From an uncultured Nitrososphaerales archaeon (GTDB lineage: Archaea > Thermoproteota > Nitrososphaeria > Nitrososphaerales > Nitrososphaeraceae): a stretch of DNA of 64,000 nt. This document shows positions 1 through 10,308 of the stretch, piece after piece. The notes beneath the pieces are model-generated. The model saw only the letters and a program-made list of their open reading frames with translations, had not been told where the DNA came from and ran no database searches. The stretch covers positions 64,001 through 128,000 of the forward strand of contig CAWJCY010000006.1 in NCBI GenBank assembly GCA_963841565.1, given 5' to 3'. The stretch's first letter is position 1. Each line of letters opens with the position of its first letter. Made by a program: the position numbers and the translations under genes.

Positions 1-549
1 AAACTTCCTCGGTAGGTTTTGGCACATAGGATTGCGTAGGAAGAATCGCGCTATAGCCTTAGAATAAGGAGTAGAATCAAATTCTTCATCTGGACAGACT
101 CCCGCAAGGTGGCTACACATCACATTCCTAACGGTGTTACCACAGGCCTCTCGACTCGTCAGGCCAACTTCAACCAATCCTCTCATAACCTCACTGACAT
201 CTTCAAGCTGAACCCAATGTAGCTGAATATTTTGTCTGGTAGATACATGTGCTGATCCGATCGAAAATGCTTCCGACAAAGAAGCTAATTTTTCTAATTG
301 TATTGGGAGTATTTCACCGCCAGGAACTTTAATCCTTACCATACTGTAATCCATTTGGAGACGTGAGCCATATGCGCCGTGTTGTAATCGAAATCTGCGG
401 AAATCATCTTCTGATAGTTTGCCAGTCCTGAATAACTTTACTCTCTCAGCAAAAATATTAGTTTCCTCCTCCTTTCCCCAGCGAGGATTTGGCCGGGGTT
501 TAGGAATATGTTTTTGATGAGAATGACTAGCATCTTTTCTCGTTTTCAA
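1..549 (-). CDS. Ferredoxin-dependent nitrite/sulfite reductase, N-terminal part (runs off window start)
   Basis: Manual translation from TTG at 549: ...FRRFRLQHGAYGSRLQMDYSMVRIKVPGGE...CQNLPRKF, typical NiR/SiR motifs; not in ORF track because truncated. Confidence 0.85.
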   Translation of the reverse strand, partial: MKTRKDASHSHQKHIPKPRPNPRWGKEEETNIFAERVKLFRTGKLSEDDFRRFRLQHGAYGSRLQMDYSMVRIKVPGGEILPIQLEKLASLSEAFSIGSAHVSTRQNIQLHWVQLEDVSEVMRGLVEVGLTSREACGNTVRNVMCSHLAGVCPDEEFDSTPYSKAIARFFLRNPMCQNLPRKF

Positions 550-801
550 TTTATCTTACCTCCACGCAAAAACCATATATTGTTTGTGGAAGAGAGGTGA
601 GAATGAAAGGAAATGGCTGTTCTGCGGCAAGAATCGACCTCTAACCAGCGTGCATACGATCCCTGATGCTGAAACTTTGCCTTAAAACCTCACTTAAATG
701 ATTCTTGTGCGATTCTAGTCGACGCTAAAAAGCTTACTAACATTTCAACTAAATACTCTTACACTTATATTTCAAACATATTCTGATATGATGAAGAGGT
801 T

Positions 802-1329
802 ATGGGAAAGCTAAATTTTCCTAAGGAATTAAAGTATATCATAATTGCCGTGGTTATAGTGGCTCTTGTTTGGGTAGCAATTAGACTCTCCTTTGGAGTG
901 ATAAACCCCTTTTATGTTGTAGCTAGTGAAAGCATGGTGCCGAGACTAAATGTGGGGGACTTTGTGGTTGTAAGCCACAACATCCCTTTTGACGATTTGA
1001 ATGAAGGTGATATCATAGTCTTTAAAGAACCAGTACCTGATGGAGAAGAAGCGGATGCTATAGTGCATCGAGTTAACGAGATCTTGACTGATCCGGAAGA
1101 CAACCTCGTGATCGTTACGAAAGGCGACGCTAATTCGGGTTCTATCCCTGGCATAGACTTTCCCATTTACGAATCAAATTACGTTGGGAAGGTAGTTATG
1201 GATATTCCAAAACTAGGCTTAGTAACCAAAGCAATAAGCCCGCCAGTTAACTATATTATCATAGCTATAATACTTGTGATCCTATTCTTTCTATTTAAAA
1301 AAGGTAAAGACAAAGACAAGGCACGGTGA
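802..1329 (+). CDS. Archaeal signal peptidase I (Sec11-type)
   Basis: N-terminal TM, SESMVPRLNVGD, IVHRV, TKGDAN motifs, C-terminal TM. Confidence 0.9.
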   Translation: MGKLNFPKELKYIIIAVVIVALVWVAIRLSFGVINPFYVVASESMVPRLNVGDFVVVSHNIPFDDLNEGDIIVFKEPVPDGEEADAIVHRVNEILTDPEDNLVIVTKGDANSGSIPGIDFPIYESNYVGKVVMDIPKLGLVTKAISPPVNYIIIAIILVILFFLFKKGKDKDKAR

Positions 1330-1536
1330 TGACGGCGGTATATTGTGGAAAACTGGTGTAGAAAAAAAGATTGTATAACTATCCAGATATTGGTCTTGAG
1401 TTTAGTGACATCAGTCCAATCAATACCTTCCCGATAAAAAGAATTCAATACTATTTCCGCAATGTTCCTATACCTTCAGCCAGCAACGAATAGTTAATTG
1501 ATTGACACATAAATACTGAACAGTAACATATTCGAT

Positions 1537-1719
1537 ATGAAATTGGATAGCATCAGATGCGGCTGTAGATGTATTAAATGTAAAGAAACAAAATTGATGG
1601 GTTTTACTTTTAGGTCTTCTGATGGTTACGATGAAATCCATCATACATGTTTAGCCTGTGGGATTCACTTCAACCATCTCGATGGTGAGACGTACGTTAA
1701 TTGTAAAATGTGTACCTAA
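1537..1719 (+). CDS. Small Cys-rich putative zinc-binding protein
   Basis: 60 aa with CGCRCIKC, CLAC, CKMC; TATA-like ATAAATA ~28 nt upstream. Confidence 0.7.
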   Translation: MKLDSIRCGCRCIKCKETKLMGFTFRSSDGYDEIHHTCLACGIHFNHLDGETYVNCKMCT

Positions 1720-1729
1720 CATTGAATGT

Positions 1730-1888
1730 TTACTTCGATCTAAACCCATCTACGAGCTTCTTATGATAGATTGAATTGCAAATTCTGTCGGTTTCTTCGG
1801 CCGGAAACTTCCTTACTTTTTTAATCCTTTTCTTGTCATAAATGGTTGATAGGAACATGAAACAAATTGGACAAACTTCCTCCAACAA
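1730..1888 (-). CDS. Putative zinc-finger microprotein (52 aa, below ORF-track cutoff)
   Basis: Manual translation MLEEVCPICFMFLSTIYDKKRIKKVRKFPAEETDRICNSIYHKKLVDGFRSK; CxxC...Cx4H; starts 19 nt after the hjc stop on the same strand. Confidence 0.5.
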   Translation of the reverse strand: MLEEVCPICFMFLSTIYDKKRIKKVRKFPAEETDRICNSIYHKKLVDGFRSK

Positions 1889-1907
1889 TCAAACACCCCA
1901 TTGAAGG

Positions 1908-2444
1908 CTATTTCATAATCGGTACTGTGATTGAAGACCGACTTTGATTACGGGAAGCGCCAATAAAGGGCATAGGGAATTCAGGAAGATTTGATTCAAC
2001 AAATCCTTCATTTCTAAATTCGTATGTTTTTCCATCATAGGTGCACTTGATCATGGAGATGTCCTCGATATTTCCTACTTTTTCAATCGATTTGTAGTAT
2101 TCAACAAGTTTCCGAGGCTCATAAACGGTTTGCCCTTTCCTCACATAACGTTTTTTCTTCATAAACTTAAATGCAAATATTGTATATCTACGCTTGTAGT
2201 AGCCAAACATGTTCTGGATCAAGATGCACCGTCGAATCTGATCTTGAGGTATATAGAGAGCATCACCTGTTCCTGACTTCGCTTCTATGGACAACAAAAC
2301 CGACTTCTTGTTATTAACCGCGACTATGTCAGGAAGGCCAGCACTAGATCCTCCCAGCCTTCTTGCACACCAGTCTCCGATATTGAGACGTTGTACCAAG
2401 GAATGCTCGTAACTATATCCTCTACTTCTGCGAAAGCTGCTCAA
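1908..2444 (-). CDS. hjc: Holliday junction resolvase-like PD-(D/E)xK nuclease (Hjc family)
   Basis: GYSYEH, PDIVA, IEAKS motifs. Confidence 0.75.
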   Translation of the reverse strand: MSSFRRSRGYSYEHSLVQRLNIGDWCARRLGGSSAGLPDIVAVNNKKSVLLSIEAKSGTGDALYIPQDQIRRCILIQNMFGYYKRRYTIFAFKFMKKKRYVRKGQTVYEPRKLVEYYKSIEKVGNIEDISMIKCTYDGKTYEFRNEGFVESNLPEFPMPFIGASRNQSRSSITVPIMK

Positions 2445-2981
2445 TCCGATTCAATAACCTGCCTTTATGTAAATTATACCCAAGCATAATCTAGTCAGTA
2501 TCAAATCGGAAGAAACCAGATTGTCTGTAATATACTTTATCATCATGATGTGTTGGTATGTTCTGGAGTTTATATCAGTATGTTAGTGTTAGAAAATTAT
2601 AAGGTCAGAACTTGTAGGCCATGTTTGAGTGAATGAGTATTATTTTCCCAGTCTCCCTCTTATTGATTTCATTCCCAATATTGAAACTGCTTGGGTTGAC
2701 ACTGAGTTTCCCCTTCTGTTTCACAAGGACTTGATGGCCTAATTTCAGGGTTAAACATTTAGTAACAGCGGGAACATTAAACGAACAGATCATGGGGTCG
2801 AAATTACATTTCAGAAATCCAATTTCATTGTGCTAGGAAAAATTTGCTGGTTCAAGGATTTTCAGACGTAAGTACAACTCGCAATCAAATACAATCAGGG
2901 CTATCTAAGAAATGGCCAAGTCCTTGATCTACTTTTAACACTTATAAGTAATCCAGTACTAATTCGACGACCATTACTGAG

Positions 2982-3680
2982 TTGGAGTTTAAAGCCATCA
3001 CTTCTGATGATATGTACAAAATCGAGGAGAACGCAGAAACGAATTTTGGTGTCCGTAGAATGTATATGATGGAAAATGCGGGGCATGGACTTGCCGACTT
3101 TATTGAATCCAAGATGGGTGAGATGAATACGAAATTCATCGACAAGAAAATTGTTGCCGTATGTGGTGGAGGAAACAATGGTGGTGATGCCATGGTTTGT
3201 ATGAGACATCTTTCCTATAATCCTGAAGCGAAATATACTGTATTGCTATTAATTGATCCTCGTGATCTTCGAACTGAGGAAGCAAGAACAAATTGGACTA
3301 TTCTCACGAGATTAAATTCTGTAGAGTTGTTTTGGAGTAATCAGATAGACCAAATCAAAGGTAGGATTCTAGATTCCGACATATTAATAGATGGCATCCT
3401 AGGAACCGGAGTTAATGGCACCATCAGAGAACCCCATTCTTCCGCGATAGATCTTATCAATAAATCTGGTGCGTACATATTCTCTGTAGATATACCCTCA
3501 GGACTTGATCCTAATACTGGCCAAGTTCATGATAAGTGTGTAAGAGCAACCGCAACTGTCACCTTTCACAGAATCAAGAAAGGGTTGCTGAATAATGAAA
3601 AATATTCGGGTCAGATTCACCTTGAACATATCGGGATTCCGAGAGAGGCAGAAAGGGGAATTTTGGTGAACGAGGTATGA
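2982..3680 (+). CDS. nnrE: NAD(P)H-hydrate epimerase (YjeF N-terminal)
   Basis: MMENAG, GGGNNGGD, DGILGTG, VDIPSG motifs. Confidence 0.93.
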   Translation: MEFKAITSDDMYKIEENAETNFGVRRMYMMENAGHGLADFIESKMGEMNTKFIDKKIVAVCGGGNNGGDAMVCMRHLSYNPEAKYTVLLLIDPRDLRTEEARTNWTILTRLNSVELFWSNQIDQIKGRILDSDILIDGILGTGVNGTIREPHSSAIDLINKSGAYIFSVDIPSGLDPNTGQVHDKCVRATATVTFHRIKKGLLNNEKYSGQIHLEHIGIPREAERGILVNEV

Positions 3681-4300
3681 CAGAAGTAATGTATCAACTC
3701 AAAGTCGGAAATATGGCTAATTTCACTTATGTCATCTCAGATATTCAGACTCACCTCGCTGCCATCGTTGATCCGTCATGGGATCTCCAAGAGATATTTC
3801 AATTACTTACCGAAAAAAAGCTTAAGGCAAAGCATATCATAAACACTCATTCACATTTTGATCATGTATTTGGAAATGATGAAGTCGCAAAAATGACTGG
3901 AGCAACTGTCATTCAGCATTCCAATTCTCGACTTCGCAAAGATATCTCCGTAGCAGAGAATGATGTAATATCAATCGGATCTATTAACCTTCGAGTTCTG
4001 CATACTCCGGGTCATTCTGAAGACAGTATCTGTCTCATTATCGATAAAGAGGCTGTGTTCACTGGAGACACTCTCTTTGTTGGTGCTGTAGGGAGGATAG
4101 ATCTTCCAGGAGGGAATCCAAAAGACATGTATCTTAGTTTGTATAGAAAGGTTTCAGCCTTGGAGGATCAACTTACCGTTTATCCTGGTCATGATTATGG
4201 CTCCTCTCCAGTTTCAACGATTGGAAAAGAAAAGCTATCAAATCTTGCGTTACAAGCAAAATCAGAAAATGAGTTTCTAGCTTTCATGGGCGTTGGTTGA
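3677..4300 (+). CDS. MBL-fold metallo-hydrolase (glyoxalase II-like)
   Basis: THSHFDH, HTPGHS, FTGDTLF, YPGH. Confidence 0.9.
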   Translation: MTEVMYQLKVGNMANFTYVISDIQTHLAAIVDPSWDLQEIFQLLTEKKLKAKHIINTHSHFDHVFGNDEVAKMTGATVIQHSNSRLRKDISVAENDVISIGSINLRVLHTPGHSEDSICLIIDKEAVFTGDTLFVGAVGRIDLPGGNPKDMYLSLYRKVSALEDQLTVYPGHDYGSSPVSTIGKEKLSNLALQAKSENEFLAFMGVG

Positions 4301-5429
4301 AGCCAATTTGAAATATGATGGGGTAGATTATCCAGACCTCAAATCCATCAACCAAGATCAGACTTTTAAAATACCTCTATCAACAAGTAATCCCTTATTT
4401 GCACTAGTAATATCATACACTTACACGAGTCTCATACCTGGAATTACGGCAGCTGGCCAAAATGAAAATCTAATAAAATATACATCTCCCGCTGACGCAG
4501 AATTCTTAAATTACGGTCACTGTAAATGTTTGGATTCAGTTCCTGTTACTCCAGATGGAATGCCTACTCCTGCGATTATCACAAAGACCGCATTAGATCT
4601 ATCGAATATCCCATTTTTCATAATCAACGCTGGGTCATTAGTTAAACCTCAAGTTCCCTGTATCTCATTTGACATGAATCCAGGAAACGATATACGAACA
4701 GGAAATGCCTTAGACGAAAGTTATATCAAGAAGGGTCTAGAGTATGGTGAAGCATTTGGTCGCGAACTGGCCAAACTTAGTAAAATGGTTATCATCGGTG
4801 AAAGTATCCCAGGAGGAACGACTACTGCTTTAGGTGTGCTCATTGCACTTGGAATCGATGCCTGGTCTAAGGTGAGCAGTAGCCTCACTAAAAATCCTCA
4901 CAGTTTAAAGAACAGAATAGTAAAGGAAGGGATGGCCAAAGCTGGCATTTCATTTGGGAGTTTTAGAAATGATCCTATAAGAGCAATTGCTGCGGTTGGG
5001 GATCCTATGATCCCTGTTGTTGCTGGGCTTGCTTGTGGCATCAGTAGTTCAGGAAGCAATGTCATGTTAGCTGGAGGGACGCAAATGACAGCCATTGTTG
5101 CGGTAATAAGTGCGATGAACAGAGCGTTAGGAAATATTTGCATCGGGACGACCTGCTATGTTGCAAATGATCCTGATTCAGACATTCAGGGGATTGCCAA
5201 TGAAATCTGTTCTGATTTTCCGATTTGTGCTATAGATCTTCACTTTGATGATTCCGAGAGACCGGGCCTAAAGGCATTTGCGAACGGTTTCGTAAAAGAT
5301 GGAGCAGGAGCCGGAGGCGTATCCATTCTTGCAATGCTAAAGAGTAGAGGATCGCTTACAGGTACTTCGATACTAAGATCCATAGAAATAGAATACGATA
5401 AACTCATGCGAAAGCAACAGAAGAAATGA
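4293..5429 (+). CDS. cobT: Archaeal nicotinate-nucleotide phosphoribosyltransferase CobT (cobalamin lower-ligand activation)
   Basis: PTPAIIT, GESIPGGTTTA, LAGGTQM, GFVKDGAGAGG. Confidence 0.88.
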   Translation: MVEANLKYDGVDYPDLKSINQDQTFKIPLSTSNPLFALVISYTYTSLIPGITAAGQNENLIKYTSPADAEFLNYGHCKCLDSVPVTPDGMPTPAIITKTALDLSNIPFFIINAGSLVKPQVPCISFDMNPGNDIRTGNALDESYIKKGLEYGEAFGRELAKLSKMVIIGESIPGGTTTALGVLIALGIDAWSKVSSSLTKNPHSLKNRIVKEGMAKAGISFGSFRNDPIRAIAAVGDPMIPVVAGLACGISSSGSNVMLAGGTQMTAIVAVISAMNRALGNICIGTTCYVANDPDSDIQGIANEICSDFPICAIDLHFDDSERPGLKAFANGFVKDGAGAGGVSILAMLKSRGSLTGTSILRSIEIEYDKLMRKQQKK

Positions 5430-5517
5430 TCTAATGAAAGGACCAAACCCTCTCAATTATGAAGAGATGCGGGGGATCGACATTATATATTGAATTCTAA
5501 AAGGGCTAATATAGATC

Positions 5518-5736
5518 ATGTCTGGAAGAGCCAAAAAACACGACGGCCCATCTGCACCCGTGACGGGAAAAGAACTTACAGAAATAGAGGAGATTACTGT
5601 AATGTTAGATGTTCTCATCGAAGAATTACAGCACAGAGGCGCCATTGATAAAAAAGAATATAATAGATTGGTTGCGATGCGTCTGCACGAAATTTCCAAA
5701 GCCAGGGCGTTTGAAGAATTAGACGAGGAATTATGA
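5518..5736 (+). CDS. Small hypothetical protein
   Basis: 72-aa helical-looking ORF, TATA-like TTATATAT upstream. Confidence 0.65.
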   Translation: MSGRAKKHDGPSAPVTGKELTEIEEITVMLDVLIEELQHRGAIDKKEYNRLVAMRLHEISKARAFEELDEEL

Positions 5737-5789
5737 AGCGGAAGGCTCGCACTATTATCACGACGTAGGCTTATCGTAATAGGAAAGAG

Positions 5790-5893
5790 CGCCGGGAGAG
5801 GGATTCGAACCCTCGTGACCCCAAGAGATCACAAGCTGGCTGGATATTTTGCAATTTCCAGGCTTGCGCCCTACCAGGCTAGGCGACCCCGGC
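5790..5893 (-). tRNA. tRNA-Ser(GGA) with 18-nt canonical 37/38 intron (5838..5855)
   Basis: Reverse complement GCCGGGG...CAAGC CTGGAA [ATTGCAAAATATCCAGCC] A GCTTG, long variable arm, GGTTCGAATCC; CTGG/CCAG central helix of relaxed BHB. Confidence 0.93.
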
Positions 5894-6081
5894 CTGATGT
5901 GGTAACCATTGTTACCTTTCGATTACGAGATACAAGGTTCCACCAACTTATGTGTTTATCCGAGCGATTAATTCATTGAGAGTGATATGATAAAGATGCA
6001 AATATTTTCTCTGTTCAGTCAACTAGACTCAAAGTTGAAATGTTAGTTCTAACATGGTGTTGCGCCTTATTTCTAGTCTAA

Positions 6082-7092
6082 TTAGCTTACTTTTGATGCC
6101 AAGTTTGTTGTGCGCCATGATTTAGGGTAGGACCCCGGTTTCATAATTATCCTCTTGATATTAACAGCAATGCCTTTTACGTTGGATTCGATTTCCTCCC
6201 TCGTCATTGCAACTTCACCAAATCCCACGATCTCTCCTTTCATAGAATAAATACCAACAAAGCTCCCCACCTTAAGTGCCTTGGATACATATAATATCCC
6301 TGGGATAGCGAGCTGGGCGCCGTGACATAAGGCATCAATCGCCGTATCTCTGACGACTACGGTCTCCACACCATCCATACAATATTCAATAGGCTTGATC
6401 AGTTTCCTTAACTTTGTATCGTCTTCTTCATGTCTATACAATTCTAGAGCATCAGCTAAATCGTGCATCCTAACCAGGCTGTCTTTTCGATCTGACAGAT
6501 TGCTTACCTGCGTCCGACGGAGCTCCACCATGGTAGCTCCTGTCCCAAGAATTTCCCCAATATCATATACTATTTTTCTTATGTAAGTACCTGACTGAGA
6601 TAATATACGCATCAAGATAAGACGTTCGTGCCTCTCCAGCTTTTCTATTTCATATATTGTTCGAATTCTAGTCGCTCTTTTTACGGATGATCTCTGGGGT
6701 GGCCTTTGATATATATCACCAACAAATTGGGCTATCACAGTATCCAATTTATCATCGCTGATATGGTCATGGAGCCTTGCCAATGCATAATACTCTTTTG
6801 GCCCGAAAAGCAATATGGAAAGGGCCTTCGTGCCCTCCCCCAGTCCAATAGGGAGAAGTCCCGTAGTGCCAGGATCCAAGGTCCCACTATGCCCTGCCTT
6901 ACTGATTCCGATGATTCTTTTCACCCATGCGACTACCTCATGGCTAGTAGGACCAGGGGGCTTATCCAGCAAAATCAAGCCATAATCCAGTAAAGAGCTA
7001 ATAGGTCTACTGGATGGGTAATATCCATACTTCTCATTAGTTACATCATCATCCAGTTTAACCAAATTATCAAAAGGAGAAGATATCAACAC
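6082..7092 (-). CDS. cbf5: H/ACA RNA-guided pseudouridine synthase Cbf5
   Basis: DKPPGPTSHEV, GHSGTLDP, GTYIRK, C-terminal PUA domain. Confidence 0.95.
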   Translation of the reverse strand: MLISSPFDNLVKLDDDVTNEKYGYYPSSRPISSLLDYGLILLDKPPGPTSHEVVAWVKRIIGISKAGHSGTLDPGTTGLLPIGLGEGTKALSILLFGPKEYYALARLHDHISDDKLDTVIAQFVGDIYQRPPQRSSVKRATRIRTIYEIEKLERHERLILMRILSQSGTYIRKIVYDIGEILGTGATMVELRRTQVSNLSDRKDSLVRMHDLADALELYRHEEDDTKLRKLIKPIEYCMDGVETVVVRDTAIDALCHGAQLAIPGILYVSKALKVGSFVGIYSMKGEIVGFGEVAMTREEIESNVKGIAVNIKRIIMKPGSYPKSWRTTNLASKVS

Positions 7093-7377
7093 TTGCTCAA
7101 ACTACACAATGAGAGTCCAGATATATAATCGCAGAACCTGCAAGTTATTTAACACTCTCATATTTCCTCAAGGAATCAGAGACAAATGACTTCACCAACC
7201 CAAATGAAGGCATCCACTTCCTGCACTCGTTTGAAGTTAGTTGACTTACTTTTGACCCATCATGTCAGTTTTGACTGAATGCAACCTTTACAAATTAAAT
7301 GATAGATTGGTGAATCTGTTTGTCTGGTTTCACTTGACCCAAGAATTTTATACTAGAAAAGCATAACAACACTTAAC

Positions 7378-7644
7378 GTGATGAGGAATCGCCACCGAAG
7401 CAGGGGAGAGATTATTGCATCTATCCTTCAGGCAGTAAATGGGAATAGCCTTAGGCAGACGGAAATACTTTATCGCACATATCTATCACATAACCTTCTG
7501 AAAGATTACTTAGTCCTTTTGCTTGAAAATGAACTAATTGATTATACCGCAGGAGAACGAACATTTAAGACCACTGGAAAGGGGATGAGATATCTTCAGA
7601 TGTATGCTCAGTTGGGTCAGCTCATAGTAAAGCATAATACGTAA
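7378..7644 (+). CDS. Winged-helix DNA-binding protein (ArnR1-like family expanded in Nitrososphaera)
   Basis: RSRGEIIASIL...TEILYRTYLS...YLVLLLENELI...TTGKG pattern. Confidence 0.8.
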   Translation: MMRNRHRSRGEIIASILQAVNGNSLRQTEILYRTYLSHNLLKDYLVLLLENELIDYTAGERTFKTTGKGMRYLQMYAQLGQLIVKHNT

Positions 7645-7871
7645 GTTAACTCTGTCTGATGCCAGCCCTGTGTGGGGATAGTTTTAGTATTTAAATCGTC
7701 TAGAAAATCTGCAAACTTGGTGGCTAATGCCGAAGAGCGGATCGGAATATAGAGATATATTGTTAGTGATCTGAATGAGCCCAAGACATACAAATTACTA
7801 CCTTTCTTGATTGGTCAGATCACCTAAGAGCTTTTGTCCCATAAAAATGGTGAGGCGTTAAAGCACTAGTC

Positions 7872-8495
7872 CTAAGCTTTTGCTTGCTGCAACCTTTTAT
7901 CCACATCATCCCAATTCACAACGTTCCACCAGGCCGAAATGTAGTCAGGTCTTTTATTTTGATATTTGAGATAATACGCATGCTCCCACACATCGCAGCC
8001 TAATAGGGGGTTTAACCCTTCAGTTCTTGGGCTGGTTTGATTTGACATTGCCTTATATTCTACTTTCTTTGATGATGGATTGTAGGCAAGCCATCCCCAA
8101 CCACTACCTTGTATAACTGCAGTTTCTGACGAGAATTTTTCCTTAAACCCAGAAAAACTTCCGAAAGACGAATTTATTGCATCAGCAACCGCACCTCCTG
8201 GCTCTCCACCACCATTTGCTTTCATATTATTCCAAAATATTCGATGATTATCGAATCCTCCTCCATTGAAATTGATTGCACTTTTTTGAGCAGCTGGAAC
8301 TTGATCCAAGTTTGATAATATTTGTATGATGTCCTTTTCTTGAATTTCAGGAGGGCATTTTTCGAGGGCTGCATTTAATTTGTCTGTATAAGTTTGATGG
8401 TGTTTTGTATGATGGATCTCCATTGTTCTTGCATCGATATGCGGTTCAAGTGCATCGTATGCATACGGAACTGGTGGCAATTCATATTTTTTCAT
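7872..8495 (-). CDS. sod: Fe/Mn superoxide dismutase
   Basis: LPPVPYAYDALEPHID, HHTKHH, DVWEHAYY. Confidence 0.97.
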   Translation of the reverse strand: MKKYELPPVPYAYDALEPHIDARTMEIHHTKHHQTYTDKLNAALEKCPPEIQEKDIIQILSNLDQVPAAQKSAINFNGGGFDNHRIFWNNMKANGGGEPGGAVADAINSSFGSFSGFKEKFSSETAVIQGSGWGWLAYNPSSKKVEYKAMSNQTSPRTEGLNPLLGCDVWEHAYYLKYQNKRPDYISAWWNVVNWDDVDKRLQQAKA

Positions 8496-8532
8496 ACATT
8501 TTAAAGTAAATCTTTTACTATTAACTGTTCTG

Positions 8533-8557
8533 TTAGCATATCCTAAATATTATTTAG
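8533..8557. promoter_or_regulatory. Candidate DtxR/MntR-like operator plus adjacent palindrome upstream of the sod promoter
   Basis: Minus-strand TTAGGATATGCTAA (8533-8546) overlapping perfect CTAAATA-T-TATTTAG (8543-8557), just upstream of TATA-like TTAATA (8519-8524). Confidence 0.35.
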
Positions 8558-8795
8558 AGCGAATTAAAACGAAAAGATAGATCAAAGATCATTATATCTT
8601 GTATATCACGAAGAGGTAACTAGAGGTCAGTGCAAATTTGCACTAAATAGAAACAAGGTGGTTCAACATGGAATCAAATTTCCTGCGTTGCGTTGTGTTT
8701 ACAGGGATGTGGTCTGCCCGAACTCATTATGCCTCTGAGGAATTTCTGGGAAACGTATTTATTAAAATCTATAGCACCTGATGGGTGAATAACGT

Positions 8796-9221
8796 TTGCC
8801 AATAAATGATGAATTGTTACGTGCCAGGAAGAAAGTTTCTGCAACTCGACCTAAGTTTGTAAGGCAGGAAAGCTGGAGATATATCAGGCTTGCGGAAAAT
8901 TGGAGGAAACCAAAAGGCATGGATAACAAGATGAGGAAGCAGGTATCTGGAGTCCCGCCGCTTGTCAAAGTGGGATACAGGGGCCCTAAGAAAGCCAGAG
9001 GTCTACATCCTTCTGGATATATGGATAGATTAATTCATAACATCAGAGACCTGGAAAAATTGGATCCCAAGATTGACGCTGCGAGAATTGGTCACACAGT
9101 GGGTCGGCGGAAACGAATAGATATTGTGAATAAGGCCAACGCTTTGGGGATCAAGGTTCTTAATAAGGGTAATGTGCCCCAGGAAAGCGTTCAAAAGGAT
9201 CAGAATAAGGAGCAATCATAA
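8796..9221 (+). CDS. rpl32e: 50S ribosomal protein L32e
   Basis: RPKFVRQESWRY, WRKPKGMDNKMR, RGLHPSG. Confidence 0.97.
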   Translation: MPINDELLRARKKVSATRPKFVRQESWRYIRLAENWRKPKGMDNKMRKQVSGVPPLVKVGYRGPKKARGLHPSGYMDRLIHNIRDLEKLDPKIDAARIGHTVGRRKRIDIVNKANALGIKVLNKGNVPQESVQKDQNKEQS

Positions 9222-9667
9222 TGGTAATTAATATACGAAAGAAGAGAGAACTCGTCGCACGGATATTGGAGGTAGGTGTGAACAGAGTTAGATTTGAACC
9301 AGATAAGCTTGAAGATGTGGCTGACTCCATTACAAGGGAAAATCTTAGAGCACTCATCAAGAACGGGGCCATCTGGACCGCAAGACGGCAAGGAACTTCT
9401 AGATATCGAGCTAAGCTGAAGCATATGACAAGAAAAAAGCGTGGAATGGGAAAAGGCTCAAAGAAGGGGAAAAAAACTGCAAGAGTAGGAAAGAAGAAAC
9501 TGTACATTACAAAGATCAGAGGCATGCGACATTACTTAAAGGTCCTCAAAGATCGGAATGACATAGATAGAAAAACATACTGGTCGCTATACAAGAAGGC
9601 CAATGGTGGTCAAGTCAGAACGTTGGCGCATTTGCGAGATTTAGTAAAGGCTTCTAAATCTAGATAA
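9221..9667 (+). CDS. rpl19e: 50S ribosomal protein L19e
   Basis: LEVGVNRV, ITRENLRALI, GKGSKKGKKTAR; coupled to rpl32e. Confidence 0.97.
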   Translation: MVINIRKKRELVARILEVGVNRVRFEPDKLEDVADSITRENLRALIKNGAIWTARRQGTSRYRAKLKHMTRKKRGMGKGSKKGKKTARVGKKKLYITKIRGMRHYLKVLKDRNDIDRKTYWSLYKKANGGQVRTLAHLRDLVKASKSR

Positions 9668-9969
9668 ATAAAAAGACTTTTCTCTCGATGCGACAAATGG
9701 CCTCCCTCAATCATCTTACAGATGCCCGGTTTGAGATTATTTGTAACTTCGAAACAACAGATTGCTTTAAACGAAATCCGTTTTCAGCTTTAAACGATAT
9801 TTGAATCTAGAGACGGAGAATGTTTATGAGATTTAGCACTTGTAAGCATCGTTCAACCGTCAAGAATAGACTGGTAGTAAGTTAGAAGATTAGCTAAAAT
9901 CACACCCAATGACAAAAATAAGGACAAAATGGCAAGGATGCTGATGCTGATGTTTATCCATTGACTTTG

Positions 9970-10308
9970 CTAACCTTTGATGAATCCCAGAATAAAGCCT
10001 GCGGCTAGGCTGCCAACCAGAGGAATTCCGAAAGCTGCCATGACTGAAGAAATACTTTGCTCAGTCCCTGGAATATTAGAGCTGCTCACGTTGCCCATCA
10101 AGCCCGATCCCGCTTCTTGTATCTTGGTCCAGTCAACTGAAACATATTGTTGATAACCAAGGCCCACAATAGCAACTATCATTAGTCCAGCGATAATAAG
10201 GACGATCTTGATTACTTTTTTTATCGCATATCCCACAAGAAATCCCGCTATACCTCCAACTGCTATTGGAGTAGCACTCGACGCTAAAGAACCCAAATCC
10301 ATACTCAT
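9970..10308 (-). CDS. FUN14-family membrane protein
   Basis: GGIAGFLVGYAIKKVIK, YVSVDW, GFILGF. Confidence 0.85.
   Translation of the reverse strand: MSMDLGSLASSATPIAVGGIAGFLVGYAIKKVIKIVLIIAGLMIVAIVGLGYQQYVSVDWTKIQEAGSGLMGNVSSSNIPGTEQSISSVMAAFGIPLVGSLAAGFILGFIKG

Noticed and set aside
2605-2793. 62-aa intergenic ORF (also 37785..38000, 56635..56832, 62319..62546)
   Set aside because: No recognisable motif or promoter support; length compatible with chance
8796-9667. rpl32e-rpl19e detached from the large ribosomal operon; nnrE and nnrD encoded 53 kb apart
   Set aside because: Fragmented operons and split YjeF halves are, to my knowledge, ordinary for this lineage
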